Below, in pieces: positions 51,615 to 64,000 of a DNA stretch of 64,000 nt. The stretch lies in assembly GCF_036321535.1 (NCBI RefSeq), contig NC_087436.1, positions 40,054,001 through 40,118,000 of the forward strand. The letters are read 5' to 3'. The notes under the pieces are model-generated. The model was not told the DNA's origin. It ran no database searches and worked only from the letters and a program-made list of their open reading frames with translations. Numbering within the stretch: the first letter of the stretch is position 1; every line of letters begins with the position of its first letter. The translations under genes and the position numbers were made by a program. This DNA is from Camelus dromedarius (taxonomy: Eukaryota).

Positions 51615-51860
51615 TAAATAATGGAAGACTACACATAAATTCCTTTACCTCCTGTCCTTCAAATGGGCAATTTTGGGAAACATTCTATCCATGTTTCAGA
51701 GTCCCTGATGGACAGGATTCGCACTACCTCAGTAAACTGCCTTTATATAAGCTTTGCCTCCTCCTCTGTCTCAGTCTCCCAGCTCTGGCATCCAGCTTCC
51801 TGGGGTTGCCTCCCAAGTAAACCTGATTCCCTTGTGCTGGGTACCTTGTCTTTGTCACTT
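51615..51860 (+). mobile_element. ERVL LTR (LTR16-like)
   Basis: 'ttcagagtccctgatgg...gcttcctggggttgcctcccaagtaaac'. Confidence 0.55.
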
Positions 51861-52110
51861 CCTAAGGAGAGGCCATTCAATAATCTTTAATCAAGCCAGG
51901 GACTCACTGGGCAATGGGAAAAGCTTCTCTTTTACCCCCTACCTTCTGTTTGCTAGGCTATAGATACATATAACCTGCCAGGCGCATTTGCTCCTCAGCA
52001 TCTTTGCATGTGCTATTTCTTCTACATAGAGTACTCTTCCCCTATTATCTATATGATGTGATGCTTAACTTCCATCAGCTTTCTGCTCTAACGTTGTCTT
52101 ATTAGAGAAA

Positions 52111-52563
52111 TGTGGTAGATGTGAAAATGTTCGGATTTTGTGCCCTAGGAAACAGAACTACCAGAATCATAGCCTTGCCTCAAGATGGCAGTGAAACATA
52201 ACATAGATGGTTTCACTGCCATCTTGAGGCAAGGCTACAATTCCCGTGAGCTGTTCCCAGTCAAAGTGGCTGACCATACTACTGCTGGCCCATTTCTGCA
52301 GAATGAGAACCTCCTTAAACAGCTGACTGTAGGTTGAGAACTCTGTCTGCCTCTGTGTCATGTTTTAAAAAATCCTGCTGTAGCCTGAGATTCTACGTGT
52401 CCAAACATTCTTCCTTGGCCCTCTCTTTCGTAGGTGGTTTGAAAGCTCTCTCTTCCTTCTCTGGCTCTGTCTTTTAATCTGTCACAGGTATTTCCCTTAA
52501 TAAATCTCTCGCTCATCCAATCCTATCTTGGTGTCTGCTTCATGGAATATCCAGATTATCACA
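52111..52563 (+). mobile_element. ERVL solo LTR (LTR41/LTR52-like) inserted in an L2 fragment
   Basis: TG...CA termini; 3' end 'ggtatttcccttaataaatctctcgctcatccaatcctatcttggtgtctgctt'. L2-like sequence lies on both sides. Confidence 0.7.
52170..52237. repeat. Perfect inverted repeat with 28-bp arms and a 12-nt loop
   Basis: tagccttgcctcaagatggcagtgaaac (52170-52197), loop ataacatagatg, then gtttcactgccatcttgaggcaaggcta (52210-52237), the exact reverse complement. Confidence 0.97.
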
Positions 52564-53384
52564 GGGGCATTTCCTGATCAGTTTCTGTAAAGCTTTACCC
52601 CATCATTCCCGTTTCCTTAGCCAGCTTCATTGTTCTTAGCAATAACTATCCTCTCCTATCTATTTTCTGACCCTTGCAGGCAGAGAAGTTATCTATTTCT
52701 TTAGTTTCTATAGTGCAGCATCTGTATTGGTGCTTTGCCCGTGGTTGGCTGGAGATAACTGTTGAATGAATGAATGCATAAGGAAGGAGGCCTAATGCAG
52801 CAGTGGATCCTGCCTCTCCCAAAACACAGTCATGACAGCACCAGGTTCTGTGTTGCTAAACAGACCTGTTGCTAATCACCCCCACCACGTCCCCCAAAAA
52901 AGCATGTCATAAGAATCTTTCACTTGTATGATAATGGATAATGGTCAAAGTAATAATTTAAAACTTTGAATGAACTGTTAAAAATTATTTTTTAAACTCT
53001 CTAGGACTGCTAGAAGCAGTCTATGCGTATAAGAGGCCTGGTATTTTTGGTACCCATTAAAATGGTGTAAATAGTAAACACTGAATCCCCAAAAGATTAC
53101 TTTAATACACACTTCTTTCCAAGTGACCACAATAAGTCAAAGTTTTGTCACTATGTGCAGTAGAATACCAACATCCCTCTTCTAAGGCTTATCAATTTTC
53201 TGTTTACTGACTTCAAACTCACTCAGATGAGATGACCAATTTCAAATTCCCATTTTGGTTTTTTTTGGAGTGCTGGATGCCTGAAACTTTCTCTGAAGTC
53301 ATTACTATATTGGTCATTCTCTGTACTCTATTCTGCCTTCACTGCTTCAGTCACAATTAGAAAAGGGCCATCATAATCCTTTAT

Positions 53385-53720
53385 CTTATTTTATTATTTT
53401 TTTGAATTGAAGTATAGTCAGTTACAATGTGTCGGTTTCTGGTGTACAGCAGAATGTCCCAGTCATGCATATACATACATATATACATTTTCATATTCTT
53501 TTTCATTAAAGGTTATTACAAGGTATTGAATATAGTTCTCTATGCTATATAGAAGAAATTTGTTTTTTATCTATTTTTATTTATAGTGATTAACTTTTGC
53601 AAATTTCAAACTCCCACATTTATCCCTTCCTATCCCCTTTCCCCTGGTAACCAGAAGATTGTTTACTATGTCTGAAAGTCAGTTTCTGTTTTGTAGATGA
53701 CTTCATTAGTGTCCTCTTTT
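53385..53720 (-). mobile_element. 5'-truncated camelid/artiodactyl L1 3' UTR
   Basis: 'attgaagtatagtcagttacaatgtg...ggttattacaaggtattgaatatagttc...cccctggtaacca'. Confidence 0.88.
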
Positions 53721-54499
53721 TTCATTTTAAAATTATTTTTAACTCTTAAATTGTTTTGTTAGTCAACAAAACTTCATCTTTAATTTTAGCTTTCTGACTC
53801 TGTGCTTGGGCCGTCATCAATTTCACAACGATTTTCTGTTTCTCAATAAGGAAAGCACACTTGGTCCTGTCCTGGACCCATTTAGCACACAGGCATGCAA
53901 AATGGGCCCCAGTGGCATGGTTTTGTTTGTTTGTTTGTTTTAAACAACCACATAAGAACTTCAGGTCTCACAGTGTAAACACCTTGAAGTCAGCCTAGGC
54001 ATCGCCATATGCAGATTTCGATGCCTTTCCCAAACCTTGTGGTATAAAGGTAAACAATTCTATTACCAGGGATTCAGAACAGCCTAGGATTGCTAGAGGC
54101 TATATTGTAGGATAGCTTATATTAGTAGTCAAATGCTAGACCATTCTGAATGCCTTAGGCATATCTCTGGAGGAATAAAGGGTCTCCATGATTGCTCACC
54201 TCACAGTCACTGTCTTTGCTCCTGTGTATTCCAGCAAGTTGGATGCCCTATACCTGGCTGGTTTTCTGATGTGATTTATGAATCAGAGTCTTGCACAGAT
54301 GCATCAAATCAGCAGAACCTAAGTCACACATCTATAAGCTAGAGGAAAAGGTGATTGGAAATGCAGTGTTTCTATTTGGGAAAGTGAGATTCACAATCTA
54401 GGGAGCTATTGAAATACAGAAAGAATATAGAAAGGGTGCTTAATAGCTTTTAGACAGCTGTTGGTTGCAGATTACTACTAAAATTAATTTATAATATCT

Positions 54500-54760
54500 A
54501 ATAATATAATAGCAAACACTTAAAGAGTTTACTATGTACAATTTTGTTCTGTGCGTTCTGCATATATTATTTCCTTTTATTGTCACATCTCCCCTGTGTG
54601 ATTGATATCATTCTTTATTCTGTTTTATGGATGAAGAAACTGAAGAATTGAGTTAAGGAATTTGCCCAAGGTCACGGTGATTGCATATGGCAAAGCTGAG
54701 ATTCAGATGCAGGTAGTGGTTCAGAAGTCCAGATTCTCACTCTTAACCAATATATGCATA
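54500..54760 (-). mobile_element. MIR SINE
   Basis: 'ttttatggatgaagaaactgaag...gttaaggaatttgcccaaggtcac...gagattcaga...actcttaacc'. Confidence 0.85.
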
Positions 54761-56952
54761 GCCTTTCATATATGTGTGTATAAACAGTATGGGCAAATCA
54801 ATGTGGAATAGGCAGAAGTAAAAGAAAAAAGACCAGTAGATAGAATATATGCATAAGAAAATCACAGGAACTGAACAAAGATGATTAATAAAAATGGATT
54901 ATTAATGTTATAGAGAGAACTGTGATATAATTATTTCATAATTCTTTGGGCCCAATGCTCACATACATTACCTGGATAAATCATATTCATCTAAGGAATT
55001 CCCTTAGACATCAGTTTCTCAAAGTTCATTCACTAATTATTCAAATACATATTTCAAATCCCCTTCAAGCTGCTCCATACTACTGTCAGAATAGTCAGTC
55101 CTTCGTTGTAATTATTTAATTTTTTTGGTATTAGCATCAGGAGGACGTTTTGACATACACTCAGTGGGGTACTTAGCCTTCACCACATACTAGTCGCTCA
55201 ATAAAAATTATTAAATATTGTTAAATGTAATTTTAAAAAGTGTCTGCTATTGACTCTGTAAGGATTATTCAAAAATTCCAGGAACCCTCTCCCTTTGGAA
55301 AGTTCTAATATGTGATGGAAGAAGAAGTAAAATAACATACCTTCTCCACGATGGAACCTGCTCTAATCTCCTTACTTAGAGTTTTACTCCTGTAACAGAC
55401 ATTAGCATATTTATTAAACCAACAGAGGTTGAAGTCCTTGCAAAGGAGATAAAAAAAAATACTACAAATTGTAATGATTCTTAATCAAAGCAAAAGATAA
55501 TGAATTCTTGCCAGACAGAAATTCACCCACCTAGTGGATTAAAATAAGATGAAGGGGGGTTAAAAAAAAAAAAAAATATTTTCATATGGAAAAAAAAGCT
55601 ACCCTTGGAAGATTAAATCTTCCTTTGAAATAAAAGTGATTTAAAATCAGTCTCAATTAGGTTAAGTTGCACTTGATGTGATTTCCTTTCTCTAAAACTC
55701 CTTGTATTAACTTCTCTATTTGACTCTTGTGTGCTTTGCATATGAATATATTCCTGTGTTAAGCTGTCTGAATTAATTTAAATTTCACTTGGTTAACACT
55801 AATAGTCTGTTTTGACAAACTGAAAAAAAATGTTTTCAAAAATTGAAGACGTTGAAAGTACATGGACATTTTTCTATCCACGAGAAATGTATTGGCTATG
55901 AGATAGTATTAAAATTGCACAGGTGGGACAACTCTTGTTGAAATTTTCATTGAAACATATATGAGAAACAAGCAAGGGTGAGAATTTAGGACTACGGAGC
56001 AATCATAGCAGATTATGAGACAGATACTTTTGATTTCAAAACAATATCTCTGCTTTTGGGAGGAATTTGTGTATTTGGTTCTTTGTGGGAATACAGTCGG
56101 ATTTTCCCAAGAAACCAGATAAAACCAAGCAAGACCAAGGGCTCTAGCAAAGCCCAATTGGAAATGTTGATACAGGCGTATGTATGAACATGACTGCAGG
56201 GAGTCTGCTCTCCTATGCTGAAGCCCAGGTTGAATTAAGTTCATTATCCCTAGGTTTCCGATTCTGGAAGTCTCTTCTCTCTAATTTCCAGTCTAAGTGG
56301 AAGAGTATGTTAGGACACAGCAAGATCCAGAGTGGAACATTTTCAGGAGGGTGAAAAAGTGTTACTCTCCAACAGTGTAGCTCTGGCCCTTTAGTATTAT
56401 AGTATATTAAAGCCTGCAAGGTTAGCATGGAGCACCATCTGAGAAATGCTGTGTGCCTTGGGAAAGATGTTTGGAATTCAAGGAAACTATTGGGCAGAAT
56501 GAATTGATTGATTAAATGGTGTGTATGTGCTTGATAAGAACAGATTCTATGAAAGCCTCATACTGAAGGGGAAGATAATATACGAACACAGGGAAACTGG
56601 AAGAATTTAAGGGACCACCTAGTAAGGAGAGACTTAGTAGGGGTGGGGGGGTGTCGGGGAGCAGAGGAAAGAATGCTTCCTATTCTCGGTACTTTTCATA
56701 TATTTAGAACTTATTGTTTGGTTTTTTCCTTTTCTGGTATTCTGTCTCTTCTTCTCCTCTGCCCATTTTTTTTTTCTTGGGATTTTGATGTTTTTCTTAC
56801 TCATTTTAGGAGTCTTTATGTTTTAAGAAAATTAAGCCATACTGTGATATGTGTTGCAAATAGATGTTTTTTCCGTATGGTCATTTCTCTTTTGACTTTA
56901 TTTGTTTGTTTTAATTTAGATGGTTATTTTTGGCACACAGAATATATCTGTA

Positions 56953-56986
<34 letters not shown>

Positions 56987-57031
56987 AAAAACAGAAAACT
57001 AAAGTACAACTCTTTCTGACTAGCATCAAAT

Positions 57032-57064
<33 letters not shown>
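56953..57064. repeat. Compound microsatellites: (TC)8(TA)9 at 56953-56986 and (GT)16 at 57033-57064
   Basis: Directly visible. Confidence 0.93.
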
Positions 57065-57067
<3 letters not shown>

Positions 57068-57499
57068 AAGGAGAGGGAGGGGAGAGAGAGAAAGGGAGAG
57101 ATGATCCTTATTCTATTTGAAGTATAAACTTAATTCGAGGGCATTTAAAATTATTGAGCTTAGTCAATCATTTTCATGGTCATTTAAATCAGGAGTTGAC
57201 TGATTTTTTTTCAAATGGTAAATGGTGTATACTTAGTACTTTACATTGATACTTATTTTGCTTTGTTTGTATTATGTATGTTAGAGCTGGAGGGATTGTG
57301 TATATTTAGGAGTTTAATTAGAGATTTGGGGATTGGTTTGTGCAATGGAAAGCTTGAACAGTTGGTTCAGTATACCTTTATGGGTAATTTTCTCAGCGCA
57401 GGACACATCACACCTTGACAACATCAGCAGTTTAGGATCTGCAACGATGACTAGATGTATTATCTCTGTCTGCCAACTTCTACTTTTCTAATATTCCAC

Positions 57500-57650
57500 A
57501 ACCACCATCGTGGTTTTCAGAGGCACGGTGGTAGGACTCGGAGCTTGATGGGCCGCCGCGCTGCTGTCTCGCCCTTAGCGGCTGGTGAAGTCTTCCTCTA
57601 CTTCCTAAGCGAGCTGCTCTCAGGGAGGCGCGTCAGGAGCACTCTGTGAG
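57500..57650. promoter_or_regulatory. Small CpG-rich patch, candidate regulatory element
   Basis: About 11 CpGs in ~150 bp within CpG-poor DNA, with tandem ETS-type GGAA cores and a CRE half-site. Confidence 0.35.
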
Positions 57651-58619
57651 CAGGCATTGCTTACTTTCTTTTAAGCTTCAGTAGAGCCTTGTTACATATT
57701 CCTTTTTAAAGTTCAAAGTAGTAAATTTTCAAATAATCACGTCAACTGAAAAACAGTTTAAATTACTACCATCTGACAGGATGTTTTAGAAGCTCATAGT
57801 TTTATTAACATGGTGAGCTCAACCAAAAAACACAGCTGTTTAATGTATACTACTGGCCAACTTCTGTGCAATTACACATATCAGTAAACCATAAAACTGC
57901 AGAAATTACATTAAAATAATGACATAGTCTAGAAATGATAATAAATCTATGCAATTCAGCCTCGTATAATGACAGTTGAATTGACAGTAACTTCAACTGC
58001 TTGCATTTTCATCATTTACACCATATTTGAGTAGAGGGTGGATTTTAGCTTGGATATTTAGCATCAGTGGAAAAGAGAAAATTGTTTCAAGTGGTCCAGA
58101 AACCAGTCACCTGGTGAAAGTTCTAACTGAAATATAAGAAATACTACTGGTGAGAAACAAAGATGTGCAAACCTTAACTAGGTTCTATTTTATTATTTTC
58201 AGTCCTTACATTTAGCTCCAAGATCAAGTTCACAAGAGGTAGAGACCATGCTTTGTGGAACGGCTGATTCTTTTATTTCATACAGAGGAGCTGAACTATC
58301 ATAGATACACCACTTATCTAAAAATTATAAACACATATTTTGTCTTAAAAATAAAAAGTGTCATATCCTGTACTTTTTGTAAGCTAATTCCTTCTTTGTG
58401 CACTTCTTCTCTTTGGAGAGAAAAAAAATAAAGGCATATGCACTGGCTAATTAAAGTAAATAAAATGTCATCCAGCAGGCATATTGAGACTTACAATCTT
58501 ATTATGCAGATTATTTGATGTCTATTTACAAATCTGGATTTTGAGTCTTTGAAAAATAATTTAGAGTCTGGAGTGCCTGATTCCAAGTCTTTACGGGAAA
58601 TATTTTCATCCATTCAACC

Positions 58620-60500
58620 CTAATAAATAATGAGCCCTATGCTAAAACAAATAGGTTTTTATAGCCTCTTCAGAAATAGGACTACTGTAAGTGGTTCCTA
58701 ACTAACCCTCCTGCTACACTTGGCAAGCTCAGGTTTTCTGTTTTCCATTTAGGAACTAGACTAATCTTTTTAAAATAAAAATCTTGACAATATCAGGTAC
58801 CTGTTTCAAACATTCCAGACTTCATACCGTGAACTTCAAAGGCAGCATTGTCTGTCTCCAGTATTTCTTTATTACATTCTGTTCCATCTTTATCACATTT
58901 CAGTTTCCCTCTTCCCAGTTGCAGTCCACCACACTAGCATTCTTTTTATCTCTTCCAAACAATTGACTCATTCCTGCCTCTGATACTTTAACTCCTGCTC
59001 CTCACCTTGCTGGAAGGGCTCACTTTGCCAGAAATCTACAGAGCTCACTTGCTCCTTTGCTACGGATCTCTGATGACTGTCATATCTGAATAATTGATAC
59101 ATCGCCCCTCCCGTATTCAAACTCCTTACCCCGTTTTATTCTTATATGGCTATAATTACCTTACATTTCTGTTTCTTTATTATTTTTATCTCTCCACTGG
59201 AATGAAATTTGCATGTGAGAAGAAACTTTGCCCTTGCAAAGTTTGTATCCCCTATATGTGTTTGATACACAAGTGCTTACTAAACATTTCTTGAATGAAT
59301 TAAATAGTGATTGAATGAAAAAAATAAAGTGGTTAATGAATTAATTATTTGTAGTTTACACAAAAGGTACTGGTATTTGAAATCAACCTAAGGAAATTTT
59401 TGTGACTGTATTGATGAGATTAATGTTGGTATGCCAAAATTAAATTTTGTTCCATAAAGAATGAGAGCTGTTTCTTTTCCCTTTTTCCATTCAGTTCTTT
59501 GGGGGTGGGGGGAGCAGAGGTGGTGTAGTTGGGATTTTTCTTTTGTTCTGAGTTGCTTATAATAACTCAGTTAGGTCTAGGAACTTTGTTTTCTCAAGTC
59601 CTCTTCCCTATGTGTAGCCAAAACAGAAACACAGAAAGTTTCGATGGTGAAGAGGAAGCTGTTACTCTTGGATGGTCACGATGGACAGACAGTGAGTGTG
59701 CATAGTAAGCATACTGATATAAGAATACCTGAAGGAATGTTATTTCAACTAGAATCTGACTGAAGGTTAGAAGGTACCCAGAGTAAGTGAGATGGGGAGG
59801 AGAAATATTCCAGTCATAAAATCTGAGTTAAGATGCAGGGATGATGGACTATTGGTCATCTGTCATTATACTTCTCCATCTTGTTTGATCCTGGCTGCTG
59901 TATATAAGTACAACCTCATGAAAAACAAGTTGTGATACATGTGTATTTACATATGTGTATGCATGGATGTATAACAGACAGGGATATGAAAGCATCTTAA
60001 TATACCTGGAACATTAGTTAAGAGTAGGGAATGGCAAGCAACAAGGGAGATCAGAGCTAAAGTAGAATTAACAAGATTTGGATGGAATATTAGACTTTAT
60101 CATAAGGCAATGGGAGACATAAGAAATGGCATACCAACCTTAACATTTATAATCAAGGTTTTCTGGCTGCTGAGTTGAGAATAGTGAGGGAGGAAGGGAC
60201 CAATCTGGAGGCAGAGAAACCAGTTAGAGTGCAAGAGATGACTCTTCTAAACTCTGGTATCAAAGATGGGAATAATAATTTCTAACAAAAGATATTTACA
60301 AAGGGTAAATATATGGGATTTGGTAGTTGATTGCTCAGAGGATGGAGTTGGAAAGGAGTCAACTTTAACTCCTAGGTTTTGAGAGTGAGCAACTGGTCAG
60401 AAAGTCATCTTTCTATGGGATGTGGAATCTAGGAGGCAGGACAGGGCTGTTTTTGTAGCTGTGAGGGTAAAAAATTGTTCAGTCTGTAACTATCAAGTAG
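58620..60500. mobile_element. L2 fragments (sense ~58620-59320; antisense ~59690-60500)
   Basis: L2 3' end 'tgcttactaaacatttcttgaatgaat' and antisense motifs 'gactttatcataaggcaatggga' and 'ctggaggcagagaaaccagttag'. Confidence 0.65.
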
Positions 60501-60611
60501 GATTTTTCTCTCTGTGGGTACATAACTAGGTATATTCTATAGGCAAGTAGAAAGATTGGTAAGTGAGGAATCATCTGGAAGGAAACATGAACTTCATATA
60601 TACATACACAT

Positions 60612-63600
60612 TAGAAGTGATGACCATAATCAAGTTAATTAGCACATCCTCCCAGCAGTGGACAGTGGATTACCTTTTCTCCATATCCCCACCAACACTT
60701 GTTATTTCTTGTCTTTTTGATAATAGCTATCCTAACCGGTGTGAGGGGACATCTCATCGTGGTTTTGATATGCATGTCCCTGATGATTAGTGATGTTGAG
60801 CACTTTTTAATATACCTGTTGGCTATTTGTATATTCTCATTGGAAAAATGTCTATTTGGGTTCTTTGCCTATTTTCAGTCAGATTATTTGTTTTTATGCT
60901 ATTGAATTGTATGAGTTCCTTATATATTTTGGATATTAACTCATTACCAGATATGTAGTTTACAAATAGTTTTCCCCATTCCTTAGGTTGCCTATTAATT
61001 TTGTTGATTGTTTCTGTCACTGTGCAGAAGTTTTAAAATTAGATGTAATTTCATTTGTTACTTTGCTTTTGTTGCTTTTGCATTTAAGGTCATAGCCCCC
61101 CAAAAATTATTGCCAAGACCAGTGTCGAGGAGATTCTTCCCTATGTTTTCATCTAGGAATTTTATAGTTTCAGTTTCAGGTCTTACATTTAAATTTTAAT
61201 CCATTTTGAGTTAATTTTTGTGTGTGATGTTAGAAAAAGGTCTTTAGCATGTGAATATCCAGTTTTCCTAACACCATCTATTGAACAGACTGTCCTTTCC
61301 CCATTGTATATTCTTGACCCTTTTGTCATAAATTAATTGACCATATATATGTGGGTTTATTTCTGTACTCTAGTCTGTTCCATTGATCTGTGGATCTGTT
61401 TTTGTGTCAGTACCACACTGTTTGATTTCTATAGCATTGTAAAATAGTTTGAAATCAGGAAGTGCGATGACTCCAGCTTTGTTCTTGTTCAAAATGTCTT
61501 TGGCTACTTGGTATCTTTTGTGGTTCCCATACAAATTTTAGGGTTGTTTTTTCTATTTCAGAGGAAAATGCCACTGGAACTTTGATAGAGATTGTATTGA
61601 ACCTGTAAATATATTTTGGTAGTATGGACATTTTTACAATTCTTCCAGTTCATGAACAGGATATCTTTCAATTTGTGTCTTCTTGAGTTTCTTTCATCAA
61701 TGTCTTATATGTCCACTGTACAGATCTTTTACCTCTTTGGTTAAATTTATTCCTAAGTGTTTTATTGTTTTTGATACTGTTATAAATGAGATTTCTTTTC
61801 AGATTATTGCTGTTATAAAGACATACAAGTGATTTTTGTATGTTGATTTTGTATTCTGCAACTTTACTGGATGTATTTAGTAGTTCTAACATTTTTTGGT
61901 GGGTGCTTTAGAATTTTTTTTTTTTGGCATAGCATAGTGTCATCTGTAGAGACTATTTAATCTCTTCCTTTCTGATTTGGATGTCTTCTATTTCTTTTCC
62001 TTGCCTAATTGCTCTGGCTAGGACTTCCAATACTATGTTAAGAGTGGTGAGAGTGGGCATTATTTTGTTCCTGATTGTAGAGGAAAAGCTTTCAGCTTTT
62101 CACTATAGAATATGATATGAACTGTGGCTTTTTCATGTTTGAACTTTATTATGTTGATGTATGTTCCTACTATACCCATTTTGTTGAGAGTTATCATGAC
62201 AGAATGTTGAATTTTGTCAAATGCTTTTTCTGCATCTGTTGAGATGATCATATTATTTTTATCCTTCATTATGTTCATGTGGTGCATTATGTTGATTAAT
62301 TTGTCTCTGTTGGAATATCCCTGCATCCCAGTGATAAACATCATTTGATCATGGTGTATGATACTTTTAATGTGTTATTGAAATAAGTTTGCTAGTATTT
62401 TATTGAGAAATTTTGCATCTATGTTTATCAGGGTATTTTTTTTTCTTATAGTGTTCTTATCTGGCTCTTGTATGAAGGTAATGCTGGTCTTGTAAAATAA
62501 GTTTGGATGTTTCCTTTTTAATTTTTTTGGAAGAGTTTGAAAAAGATTAACTTTAAACATTCAGTAAAATTTACCAGTGAAGCCATCTGGTTCCTGGGCT
62601 ATTATTTGCTGTGAGGAATTTTGATTACTGCTTCAATCCCCTAACTTATTATTAGTCTCTTTATATTTTATATGTCTTCATGATTCAGTCCTGGTCAGTT
62701 GTATGTTTCTAGAAATTCACGTATTTTTTCTAGGTAATTCAATTTGTGTGTGTGTATAATCATTCACAGTAATCTCTTGTGATTCTTTGTATTTATGTGG
62801 TATCAGTTGTAGTATCTCCTCTTTCATTTCTGATTTTGAGTCCTCTCTCTTTTTTTTTCCTTGATGAGTCTAGCCAAATGTTTCTTTTTTGTATCTTTTC
62901 AAAAAACTATCTCTTAGTTTCTTTAAGTTTTTCTATTGTCTTTCTTGTCTCTAATTCATTACTTCTGCTCTAATACTTATCATTTTCTTCTTTCTGCTAA
63001 TTTTGGGCCCAGTTTTTTTTTTCCTAATTACTTGAAGTATGAAGTTAGGTTTTTCATTTGTGATATATTTTTTCTAGGTGTATGCATTTATTGCTACAAA
63101 TCTTCTTAGAACTGCTTTTGCTTCATCCCTTAAGTTTTGATCTGTTGAATTTCCATTTTTGTTCATTCTGAGATATTTTTATTTCCCTTTTTACGTCTTC
63201 TTTGACTCGTTTGTTATTTAGAAGTATATCACTTACTTGCCACATAATTGTGAATTTTCAATTTTCCTCTTGTTATTGATTTCTATTTAATATCATTGTG
63301 GTTAGAAAAGATACTTCATATAATTTCAGTCTTGCTAAATTCCTTAAGCCGTATTTTGTGATCTGACATATGAGCTATCCAGAGAATGTGCTCTTGCTCT
63401 GTGTGCTTGAGAGGTATACGTTCTCCTTTTGTTGGATTGAGTGGTCTCTATATGTCTGTTAGGTTCTTTGGTCTATAGTGTTAGTCAGGACTGAGTTTGG
63501 CAGGCCTGTTCCCTGAAGCATGGGTAGAAGTGACACCTGCTGGGTCCCTTTGGTAGATGGTGCTAGTGACAGAAGGACTTTGCCAGGTCACTGCTTGGGA

Positions 63601-63720
63601 CCTGGGTAAGCAGGACTACCATTAGACTGCAGCTAGGTGGGGCTGAAGCCAAATCAAAGGGCTGTTTAAGGATCTGCAGTCATGCAGTCAATGGGCCTGC
63701 CTCTAGGGGAAAGGTGGGTA
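60612..63720 (-). mobile_element. Decayed L1 (ORF2 with internal deletions; 5'-region-like piece at ~63490-63720)
   Basis: Minus ORFs 60823-61020, 61668-61892, 62060-62344 (MIISTDAEKAFDKIQH) and 62375-62560 (NIDAKFLNKILAN) are L1 ORF2 motifs. Confidence 0.92.
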
Positions 63721-63739
63721 ATTATCTTGATATTGTTTT

Positions 63740-64000
63740 TGTGGAGCAGTTTTTTTCATTTTATTAAAGTTCAGCTTATCAATTATTCCTTTCATGGATT
63801 ATTTCTTTGCTGTTGTATCTAAAAAGGCATCACCATACTCATGGTCTTTTAGGTTTGTATTATGTTATCTTCTAGGAGTTTTATAGTTTTGCATTTCACA
63901 CTTCAGATGTATGATCCATTTTGAGTTAGTTTTTATGATGGGTATATGGTCTATGTCTAGACTCAGTCCAGCCATTCTAGCATTATTTGTTGAAAAGACT
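63740..64000 (-). mobile_element. Additional L1 ORF2 fragment running off the window
   Basis: 'tatgttatcttctaggagttttatagttttgcattt...tgatccattttgagttagtttt'. It covers an L1 region already present at ~61000-61290, so it is a separate copy. Confidence 0.85.

Noticed and set aside
53005..53040. 36-nt plus-strand micro-exon candidate (LLEAVYAYKRP)
   Set aside because: The donor is weak (gtattt), and the segment is too short to support without transcript data.
55909..56428. Overlapping minus ORFs (111 and 71 aa) in unique sequence
   Set aside because: No recognisable domain or consistent exon structure.
32658..63000. ORF-track entries with RT or endonuclease-like peptides as genes
   Set aside because: They are short, frameshifted fragments of decayed L1 ORF2; no intact ORF1 or ORF2 exists.

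Overview
AT-rich, repeat-dense mammalian genomic DNA, most likely camelid: a Vic-1-type tRNA-derived SINE and artiodactyl-type L1 3' ends are present. No protein-coding gene, rRNA, tRNA or CRISPR array could be identified. The recognisable ORF-track entries are decayed L1 ORF2 fragments; the rest look like chance ORFs. A large part of the window is recognisable transposon debris: several large minus-strand L1s (one near full-length and rearranged), MaLR/ERVL/ERV1 LTRs including a two-LTR MaLR provirus, hAT and Tigger DNA-transposon fossils, L2, MIR and CR1/L3. Repeat family names come from remembered consensus motifs, not a database search, and boundaries are approximate. The most notable oddities are a perfect 28-bp-arm palindrome inside an old LTR, a SINE-plus-L1-tail chimera under one target-site duplication, an L1 sense/antisense/sense sandwich, an unexplained ~15/59-bp periodic repeat, a small CpG-rich patch, and convergent CTCF-like motifs. 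I found no evidence of a novel multi-gene system.
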